From Oculina patagonica (taxonomy: Eukaryota), in NCBI RefSeq assembly GCF_052425735.1, contig NC_135771.1, forward strand, positions 4,092,001 through 4,156,000: a DNA stretch of 64,000 bases, given 5' to 3'. Made by a program: the position numbers and the translations under genes. The notes below the pieces were generated by a model, which saw only the letters and a list, made by a program, of their open reading frames with translations, searched no databases and was not told the origin of the DNA. This document shows, piece after piece, positions 25,601 through 36,200 of the stretch (its first letter is position 1; each line of letters starts with the position of its first letter).

Positions 25601-27115
25601 TGGGAGGGGTATGGATATTTTCTGAAACAGCACCATGTGCAAAAGAATGCTCATAAGTTGTTAAGAAAAGAATGCAGTCTAACTTAAATGAACTATATCA
25701 TTGTGGTTTTCAGTGAAATGCGAACTCTGAAATTCAAAATAGAACTATAAACGATTGCTTTTTTTTGCTGCCATCAATCATAATTATGGTGACAGCCAAC
25801 GAATTATGAAAAAAAGAAACAAACAATTGAAAATGGATCAAAATCTACCAATCACAACTGACATATTTGACCTTTTGACCCAACTGAAGTGAAGTTCTGT
25901 TTCATGAAAGGTCCGCTAAGATGATTAATGGCAGCAAAATACGTAAACCGTTGGTTGAAGATTGAATTACAGAGTTCGCATTTCACTGAAAACCGCAATA
26001 ATCACACTCTTATCATGGATAATGATGAGTTTGAGTTGAATCTATAGAGACTAAATTACACCATTACTGTTGAAATACCAACACAATAATAGAAAGAGGA
26101 TATTTTCATCCATACCCTTGAACCACTTTTGGAGTAATCGCATCTAGATCGTATGTCGGCGTGGCAGGAACTAATGGCTCTGGTTGCCATTCTTCAATTA
26201 ATTCTTCTTCTTCCTAAAAACATCAAGAGTACACAATTTGGTGGGAGTGCAAATATGGCACAATGTTTAACACATTGCACTCTAGATCTAACTAGTGCAT
26301 GCATACAAGTGTGCATGTGTTGAGCTTTTGGGTAAGAGACTTTTACCAATTTCCAATCTCTCTGCCCAGGTGTATTGGATTTAGCTAAAAAATTTATTGA
26401 GCAAGTCTTCCTTTACAAGTTTCACATTTGAGAAGTTTAATTTTTTTTGACGTGTGCATGACAAAAAAGCAAGTTTTTCCTTGAAATGTCTCTTGACAAT
26501 CCACCAAAAATGCCAAGGGGTACCCCACCCCCTGGCTGGTAGAAACTTAACTTCCCCCACCCCATGCATGGTAGGGACTTTATCCCCCCAGTAGTAGGCA
26601 CTTTGCGTTTAACTGATTTTTATAGTGGGATTAAGTTTCCTATTTACATGGAGTTCATTTCACCAGCAAACCTGATGCTTATTTATTTGAAAAGCTAGCA
26701 GATATGGCGTTATTCGAAATATTTTGTGTAAACAAACCTTCTCAGTTAGTTCTATTTTCTGTTCTCTGAATCTGAAAGTCTTGCTGGTAATCAGTCTAAT
26801 TATCCAAAGAACCAAGACAGCTTCGAAAAGGACGTGATAAAAAGGCACCTACACAAGTGAATTGGAAGAATAGTATAGCGCTTTGTAAATAGTATGCATC
26901 AATATATTATGTCATAATTAACAAACCAAAGCTTGGCATTATTGTGAAATTTACTATTACAAACGCCAAAAAATGCAGCATAATCAGCAACTAACCTTCG
27001 TATAATATTCTAGAATCTCTATTCCCTGTGTGAGATAAATCGTAAAATAGGAAAGCTGTAAATAAGGTGAACTCGTGGAACCTTCTGTAGCACATTGTTG
27101 TTCGACGCGCGCCAT
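19694..27115 (-). CDS. SPTLC1: Serine palmitoyltransferase subunit 1 (LCB1), ~15 exons
   Basis: Exons at approx. 27115-26996, 26848-26738, 26213-26116 ([14 protein letters not shown]), 25356-25262 ([11 protein letters not shown]), 24651-24579 ([14 protein letters not shown]), 24134-24004 ([21 protein letters not shown]), 23542-23412, 23268-23179, 23071-22964, 22763-22668 (GGFCCG), 21883-21786 ([10 protein letters not shown]), 21691-21637, 21135-21018, 20815-20741, 19787-19694. Confidence 0.96.
21235..21522 (-). mobile_element. tRNA-derived SINE copy
   Basis: Same family core as 12270-12545 and 51385-51660. Confidence 0.8.
22307..22667. repeat. Compound tetranucleotide microsatellite (GTCA/GACA)n
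   Basis: Directly visible ctga/ctgt arrays abutting an SPTLC1 splice donor. Confidence 0.95.
24839..25256. mobile_element. hAT-like MITE with 6-bp TSD
   Basis: TIR cagggttggaaatta / tagtttctaacccta, with attacc on both sides (24833-24838, 25257-25262). Confidence 0.7.
25701..25998. mobile_element. MITE with ~37-bp TIRs
   Basis: ttgtggttttcagtgaaatgcgaactctgaaattcaa / ttgaattacagagttcgcatttcactgaaaaccgcaa. Confidence 0.7.
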
Positions 27116-27230
27116 TTTGGATTTTATTTTGGAGACGCCCAGACGTGAGGGGAACTGGAAACGACACGTCCCCAGTCTTTCTCTTGCAATTCTTGCAAGA
27201 CTTCACATGAACGAAGCGTCCAGAAACAAC
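27116..27230. promoter_or_regulatory. Bidirectional promoter region SPTLC1/ZRANB2
   Basis: Only 115 bp between the divergent ATGs. YY1-like gccatttt overlaps the SPTLC1 start; an inverted gacgtg/cacgtc pair and the palindrome tcttgcaaga lie between. Confidence 0.7.
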
Positions 27231-30200
27231 ATGTCTTCGAAGCTCAAAGTCTCCAACGGCGACTGGGTTTGCCCTGATAAACGGTAATTTCTTCGTGAAA
27301 GGGTTGTACGATCTTCATTCTTTTGAATTGTCTTATTTTTGGCGCGTTTCAGGTGCGGAAATGTTAATTTTGCCAGGCGCACGTCTTGCAATCGTTGTGG
27401 AAAAGGTGGGTACATGCATGCCACGTTTTGTTTGGTCATGAATGAAATACATTTTGGCGGTGTAAACAAATGACAATAGAACATGTTGAAACTTAAAATT
27501 TTACAATTAAATCATCATCGTTATGTCCTCGAATTAATAGGGGAAATCGTAGTTAGATATTTGTTTGCTGTTAGTTTGCGTGATCAATTGTATTAATTTA
27601 TTAAACAGTGATTGAGGTGAAAGGGAATTAAATATAAGACTTAGTTTGACTAGAAGTGTAACTTGAAACCTGAGGTTATTTTGCGGGTTTCTTTTATGTG
27701 AATTTGATACTCTGGCCTTTTGCTTGTGTTTTGCCCTTATGATACATTAGCAGAGCTTTAATTACATTCTTTGTGATATAGTTGTCCAATTTTTATCAAT
27801 TATGTATTGTATTTGATATCAAATTGCTGCATTTTTTGAGGAATTTTGCATAAGCTTAACATTGTTAATCCCTGCTGCCCCCAACGCTGGATGGTGGTGA
27901 GTTTTGTCCCCGCAACAACGTTTACATTCCAATGCCCCTTCCCGGTCCCACATGCCTGGGGCATGAGGAACAAGTGGCTCTGGGGACCATGATTGGATTG
28001 GCTAGATTTGTAACAAAGAGAATTTAAATCTAGCCAATCAAATCAACTGTAGTAAAATCCCTTGTAACAAAGGGATTTTAAAATGGATGATTTGATTTGC
28101 CAAATTCAAATTTTCTCTGTTCTAGCCAATCAAATCAAGTGTCCCTTGAGTCACTCGTTCTGTGTGCCCCAGGCTCAGCCGAGTATGAGGGACAAGGGGC
28201 TCTAAGGATGAGAATGTAGTAACCTTTATTTCAACTTAGAGCAGCACATAAGCACTACTATCTCTGAGATAAAAACAAAAAAAAAAACATATTCTGAAAG
28301 TGTCGCTGCCTGGTGCACAGGAGAAGTCAATCTCATATGAGACTTGGTACTGGTTCTTTTAGGCTACAACTGAAATAGGTAGACTGTTTATTCGGAGATG
28401 GCCATGCAACATCTATGAGCAAAGTACACATGATCATTAATTGAAACCAAAAAAGTAAATTTATGGCAAGCGACTCTGTGAATAGCAAGGGGAGATCTTT
28501 TCAATGTGGAAAAAGCTCAGAAGAAGGCCTTCAGAGTATTATCGATACTATCATTGCTGAAGGCAGGGTCCTGAAGCAATGGGTTATTTTTGGGGCAAAT
28601 ACACCAGAGTTGCAGATTGGTTGTGGTTTTAGTTATGACACACAGCAACTGTAATGGCTGTCTCTAAAAATTATAAACATTGTCTATCTCATAGTAATCT
28701 GTAGCTGTTTTTGCTGTATTCATCACATAAACCTGCTATTTTGTTATTATATGGCTAGGACCATGGCAAAGTGTCTACCTATGGGAAGTGTTGGTTTGCA
28801 GCGGTCCAACAATGTGCCAAGCAAAATAAAGGGTGACTGTAAAGAGAGGTTCTCACATTTTGTTTTCTTCTTTTTTAACAGATAAAGGAAATATCGATTC
28901 AATTAAACTTACTGGTTCTCAAATTGGAAAACAAGCTGCAGCAAAGAGTAAAGGATTGTTTAGTGCTGAAGACTGGATGTGTTCAAAGTGTGTATTTAAC
29001 TTCCTGTTTTGCTATGTTTTGAATTAAAAAAGTATGTCTAAAATGATAAGGCTGATCATGATCCAGAGGTGAAATGGCCTAATAGTTAGTGCATCGAGGT
29101 GATTTCCACCAAGAAGCATAATACTAGGTGTGTAGTTTGCATAATAGCTATATATAAAATAAAATTAAATAGAGAAAACATAAGAACAGGTAGTGTTTAA
29201 AAAAGATCTGGATCACATTCACTCACTCACGGTCTTTTTTTTGGGATGAGCAAGCCATCCAAACATTAATTTTTTCTTCATTTTCTTTTGTGTACATGCA
29301 AATTATGCATGTCAAATTACACGACAGTGCTGGTATAAATGAGTTCTTGCGAAAGAGTTAGACACCACTCAGTTTGGAATTAAATCTCTATTTGTAAGAC
29401 TCCAGTCATTTTTTATTCCTTTAATTGAAAAAGAAATGTGTGAAAAATTATGGATGCATCAAGTTGCGCTAAGCTTGATATTGTTTTGTTTAACTACTGA
29501 AATCCATATATTTTATTATTTTATGACTTATTTATTGTGTTTTTCTTGTAGATGTGGTAATGTAAACTGGGCTCGTAGAAGTGACTGTAATATGTGTGGA
29601 CATCCTAAATTTGCAAAAGTTGAATTCAGGACAGGTGATTAAGGTTTTCTTTTGATTTATTGTGTGGCCTCCTTTTGATTACCTGTAGTTAAATAGTTCT
29701 GTGCGGACATTCATTTGGAATAGGAAACAAAATTAGTTCTAAACTGGGCAGTACAACAAGTTTGTGAATACCGTAAAATTCCGGTTATAAGCCCCCCCCC
29801 CCGGTTATAGGCCCATCTACTTGGAAACAAAAAAATACATCCGATTTAACCTGCGATCAGGCTCTCGCGGGGAGGGAAGGAGAAAAAAAGGAAAGCCTGA
29901 TACAATACTGTCAAGTCGCTGCCGCCCCCAAATTAAAATTCGCCGCCGAGACGCCCAAGATAGCGTGATGCGCCCAACAACCCCGCCCAGACGAGTGCTC
30001 AGTAGGCGGACCAGGTCTGCCCGTGGGGAACCACACCAGGTGAAGACACCCGCCGACCGCGAGCCGCCCCACACCGAACACTCCCTCAAAGTGAACAACC
30101 GGAGCAGCAGAAGCCCCACTTCATCCGCCAACACCCCGAAACATCACCGGATTTTGGACCGGAAGACGAACCAAAGCCAATCAAAATAAAGTTCTAATGT

Positions 30201-33200
30201 TGCCTTTCGACCAATCAGAAAAAAGTCCGATGACTTTAAGACGACCGACAAGAGATCAGGCGTTTCCGTGACCTCCCGCCGCGAGAAAAATAACGCCTGA
30301 TCGCAGGTTACATCCGATTATAAGCCACCCCCCCCCCCTCCCAGATATAAGCCCCCCTCTACCGGATGACAGTACTGAACAGGGCTAAATGTTGCTTTAT
30401 TATGCGTTTTTAACTTAAAAACGTATTTCGATCAAAACTCCCGTGGCTCTTTTCGAAACGTTTTTTTCATTACGCTTATAAGCCCTCCCGGATATAAGCC
30501 CCTCTGTTTATAAGCCCACCCAAAACCCCTTACGAAGTTGTATAAGCCCAGGGCTTATAACCCGAATTCTACGGTATACTGGTTAGTCTGCATTCAGGCC
30601 TAGTGGCCTATCAGGCAGAGCTTATCCTTGTTTCCTTAGCATGAAGTGACTAGGAGTATTTTACTCCTGTCCTGGATGGGATGCTAGTCCATTGCAGGAT
30701 TATGACAGCAGCAAATTCACCAGTACCCATTTATACACCCGAGCCAAGGCTCAGACCTGGACCGATCGATCTGCATTCTTTCTCCAACTCACTTCTTAGT
30801 TCTAATCTATTGGATATCGTGAGGATACACTCTCCCATTGGATTAAGTGTTATTGTCAGAGAAAACCGGGCAGGAGCAAAACATCGGGGTCGGCCGTTTA
30901 CCTTCATCTTTTTACATTATAAAAGCTATCTGATAAGATTAGCAACGGTGGCATTTGCAGCAGTAGAGATTCTTTTTTCTTCGAGATAACACTATTCCGT
31001 AATTTTGGGCCCTCCAACGGCCTAAAATATCCGAAATTTTGGGCAACTTTGGGTGAGCCTACAACACACTTTGTATGAGTCCTCAGACTTCTAATATTTT
31101 TTATATGACATTTATTCCCTTATAAGTTGACTGGGATATGTAAATCCTTCTAAGCTTTAAAATTATTTTTTTTACGAGGGGTTAAAAATTGTCATTGAAT
31201 CGTTAATGAGCTTGACCCAAATTTGAGTCATTTTCAGTCGACTGTTTCACAAAAGTGCGGCAGTCTATTTGGAAAATAAAACCATCCCTCGATAGTCTTT
31301 TGTGCTGTTATCAAAATGCAGATCAGTTAAAATTGGTATCTAGAAGTAAATCGGAGTTAGCGGCGTCTGAAACTGACATTTCAATTTTTAATTAACATAT
31401 TTCCCGCCAAATTTTTCTTGAAGGTTATCACTACGTTGTTCCTACTACAACGATTGCAGCCCATAATTCAACAAAAGGGGCGTTCAAAAGTAAATTGCTT
31501 TGTTCCCTGGGCTATGGGGTGGAATTTTAAACCGTCTTGTTGCTATTTAGCTTGGTTAAACAGTGAAAACAGTCAACGTGATATTTTATACTGAGCTCTA
31601 TTTTCCCGCGAAAGTTGTTAAAATGTCACGCAATGTTGCAAAGCAGGAATGTTTTCACAAATGATCTTTTTGTGCCTGAAGCAGAAATGTAAAATATTCC
31701 ATATACTATTTTTTACCGCCAAACCGCTGTTCAAAACAAGTTAAGTATCTTATTGTTACTTATTTTCGCGGGGCTTGCGAAAACAAAGTCCCGTGTAAAC
31801 GTATTTTTAAGGCTTTTAATGTATTTTTTGACCAAATGGCGAAACTTTAGTCCAGCGATTATGACCGTTCCATTTTCGCGAAATTAAGTTCCCGTGAAAA
31901 TAACAAAACGTAAGAGCTATTGAAAAAACCTAGCTGGTGACATATCTCTTTAATTTTCAGCAGGATTTTTTACAAAAGGAGCACAAGAAAAAATTAAATA
32001 GCAACGTTTAATTAAATGACTGATACTCATTGTTTGTACTTTTGCCGTACAAAGTAATAAAAAAGGAAAAAATGGTGCCGTAAATCAGCGACAAACAGAT
32101 CATCTATCCGCTACAATGGATTAAAACTAAAAACATGTAATATCATAGATTGAATGACCGTAACAAACACCTGGTGTTTCGACATTGCAAAACATTATGC
32201 TGAAGCAGTAGCTCCTGGTTCAAAAGTATACTTCCCGTGCAACCACTGCGCAGACGAGCGAAAAGCAGTATGTATAGGACATTAATAAAGAAAATACGAT
32301 ATTTAAAATAGCCTCCTAAATGGGTTCGGAATGGAAAACAAGTATTATATAACAAACGTACTTAGGTTATTACTTAACGTTCACTGAAACACGAAAGTTT
32401 GTTTTCACGTTAGCGCTTCAAAAGGATTCTCCCAAACTCTGCTGAATGCCGGTACATCAGGCTATGTAAGCACACAGTGATTATTTTATATTTCTTTCAT
32501 AAAATACACCCAAAGAAGTAGAGCGACGTCATAAATGTGGTTATATAGCCTCAAGGGCTTTAGCCTGCTTAGCAGGCGCGGTAGTTGAGAGGAGGCCACG
32601 CGAGGAAAAATTGAGGAGGAAAAAATCTATTTATCCTTGCGTGGCTTTCTCGCGATCGCACACTCGCTTAAACCCGCTAAAAAACTATACAGACGCCTGC
32701 TACGCAGACTGCATGGGCTTTCAGTGGAAATCCAGCATAAGTGTCATTTGAAACTTCTTTCTTTGACGTGCAATAAAGATACCGTCAAATGCGTTACTAG
32801 ACCAAAAAGCCTAAGCCTACCGCGCTTCAGAAAGCGTGCGCGTGAACTACGGCTTGTTCAGGTTTGGAAACATGTGCATGATTTCACATACGTTTCCAGT
32901 GGCTCGATGAATGATTTTTTCCTTGCTAGTGACCCATCAACTGCTACTTGTAGGCTTTGGCATATTTCCCTTAGCTCAGCCACTTTCAGCGTGTTAAGTT
33001 TCTTTGCTCTTGTAAGCTCGCAAATGTTTCTCTCCCCTACTTGAATGGGGTGATTTGGTACATCCATGTCATGAAGTACTGCTTGCCGCAAATCCTCGAG
33101 GGCAATTTCAGATTCCAGCGCCTCTAAGTCTTCCTCTGGAATTTCTTCGTTGGTGTCTTCTAACCCACTCTTTCCCGTTTGACTTTGTCGTTGTAATGCT

Positions 33201-36200
33201 GATAGCCTTGAGAAGAAACTGTTTATCTGAGGAGCTGTTCTCCACTCTTCTGGAGTAAACAAAAGATGTCCATTATCGTCCTTGAGGAACTTCATTTCAT
33301 GGGATATCTGTACTGGATCCACCTTTAATCCGCTTCTTGCTCCTGTGTTAAACTTTTTTTGCAAATAGTTCTTTACGTGATCCGTCATTCGTTGTGGCTT
33401 TTTGGTGGTTTTTAGGGCCCATCCTTCTGTTCGCCTGTCTTTAACGGTTGAAGAGGAGGGTCTGTTGTAATGTGCGGAACTTGCTTCTTGTTCAGAGATA
33501 GGTACGCTCACACCAGTTACCTTCTCAGCCCACTTTTTTCTGATAGAATCATACAAGGACTTCGATTCTAACTTTTTGACATGCTTTCCTGAATCCATGT
33601 GCGCATCAGCTTCTGCCTCTGTCTTAAAAGTGAGGACGCATCCAGTCTCACCGCACGAGAAGATTTCACTATCAGGCCTGGTGTTTTCTAAGACAGTACC
33701 CCGCTCTTTCGTTCTGAGACCGAACTGCTGGATTACTTTCAGCCCAGTGTCTCCTTGTTTCTCGGTAATCAGTTCACTATACGAAAGAAAGCGCCCAGGT
33801 CCAACATTGTAGGCCTTCCAAGTGCGGATTCCACTTTTCTCAAAGGAGAAGTTGTTAATAAGGCTTATACCGGGTATTTTGTTATCCATGCCAGCCGCCT
33901 TGGTGGTATCAACTTCCACAACAGCTGCCCTGCAACCCTTCAGGCCGCCGTGGGATTCCAGTACCTGTTTCATGTCATCTGCCGTTGTCACGTCGTGCTT
34001 CTCATTCACCCACCTCCGAATGTGCGCTTTCATGGGCACAGTTTTCCGATCGCATATGTCCTTCCCAGCCTGATGATCTGAAAAGTCGTAGCGCAGTGGT
34101 GTTACACCTGTCCTTTCTCCAATGTATGCCGGGAAGACTGAGGATCAAGGGCCCGTTATGGTAACAACCCGCGTTGTCTGATCGCAGGAAAGCCTTGTTG
34201 ATTGAAGGGTACTCAAGCTTGATGGTGTGAAGCAAATGCTCAATGACTGACATCACGGCAAAGCTGTCTTGATTGCACGTGTTGATGAGATGCACAAAGC
34301 ACTCAACTTCGTATCTCCCATCAGCATGCAAGTTAGTTATGACTGCACTTACATGCCAGCTCCTGCCGCGCTTGCCAAAAAACTCAGACATCCTTTCCCG
34401 GTAATGCTGGGCGAGATATTTCATTGCCCAGTCTATGATTATCAAGCACGTTTCTTCGTTAAGTTGGCCAAGGGCGTCCTGCTTAGCTTCCTCTTGATTA
34501 ACGGAGCGAATCAAATGTGCCTTCTATGCATGAACTGCTCGAATGTACGTCTTGTTCTCAAACTTCATCCTGGCCTTCTGATCCTCGGTGATGTCCACCT
34601 CCTCTAGTTTCTTTGTGATTTCTTCTAACACCATATCGAGAGATTCGCACCTATCACAACCGGTGTCGTGAGGGTGCTGACATTCTACACGAAAGTCAAG
34701 ATTGGTAGGATCACTAAGAGCATAAACAGTGCAGTGGTCGCTGCTGTTTTCGCCTCTACCCACGTGCGCCTTGAAATCCGTCTTGAAATACCTTTTAGCC
34801 TCTTTCATCGCCTGCCCCATCTTTTGGGCCCAGTGCTCGTCTGCGCCGTTCTCCATTAACGTTTTAATAGTTGATAGTAGATTGTCGAATGCTTCAGTTC
34901 CTTCGGCGGTGAAGTTATCGAGTCCATGAAGGGACTTCTGCATTGATGCTGAGCAAATTTCAAGCATTCGAAACAAAGAACGTTCGCTAGCTGGCTCAAA
35001 TTCTTGCTCTTTGCAATAGCTTGTGTACTGATGGATAATTCGGGAGGGAATCAATGTTCGTATAACAGCCGGGATGACAATACGTTCCCCAGAGTCTAGC
35101 TTTAGCGTTTTTGTCCCAAATGCAACATCTTGAAGTAGGTCTGGTCGTGAAATGTAATTTATAAAATGATTAACTTTCACGGGATCGATTCTTGTTCGGA
35201 AGATAGGCTTTTCGGGAACAATTTGTCCTTTTCCTACTTCATTAGCATGCAGACGGGCCTGGTCAATTCTCCATTTAGTTAACCCGGGAATTAGTGTCTG
35301 CAATTCTGCGCGGCTAAAATCATTTGCGAAAAGAGATAGAATCTGGCGTTTGGATTGCCAGGACCCTGCTTGATCATGCGCTTTGATCAAGACATCAATA
35401 AGCCCAGTACTTGTGTCGAAACGCTTACGTTTGGATGAATCACCATCTTCTCTTTCAATTATCGATTCACTTCGAATGGAATTCCAAAGTTCTTTTTCCT
35501 GTCCTGGGCTAATGACCGACAGTGAGGCTGTTACGACTTCCCGCGCCTTGCGCATATAGTACTTTTGCTGGGTCGAGGAAATGTCATCCCATGAAGCGTT
35601 TAATGTAGAACGTATAGGGCTAAATCGTCCATTGGTCAGGTTTCCTAGAGCATCATTGAGTGCTTGTCGTCTCTCGTTTTGGAGTTCCTTTTCGTCGCAC
35701 CATATACTAACCTCTTCCTCGGGTTCAGAGTTCTCAGAGTCTAGTGACGATAGTGTCACAGTCTCGTCTGATTCTTCTATCTGTATTTGGTCATCTTTAG
35801 TCACATCGTCAAAGTCAGTAGATTCCAGTTCCACGCACTGCATTAATGTAGAATGCTCACCAGGATCCTAAAAAGAAATCATGAACAGCGAATGTGAACT
35901 TTTGCTCACTGTACCCTAGCCTGTACTTTCTTCCTCACTCTGTACGTTCAGAGCTGTAAAAAGTATTTATCCGCAGGCTACACACCCACTTGACATTAAC
36001 AGTCACTCCAATCACAAGACAAGAAAACACGTATTGCAAATTGGGAATACCGCTGACCTTTTCTGCGCCCTCGACGTTGTCAGGCTCACTTTTTTTACGG
36101 TCTTTGTAGTGTTGCAGTCGGCAAGTTGTACAAATAGCTATCATGAAAAACAATAACAACAAAAAAGTTGGAGAGAAATGAAACCACTCTTGCTTTTAAA

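Noticed and set aside
29817-30189. Arg/Pro-rich 122-aa and 105-aa ORFs
   Set aside because: They lie in the GC-rich interior of a small non-autonomous element, cross its boundary and show no domain.
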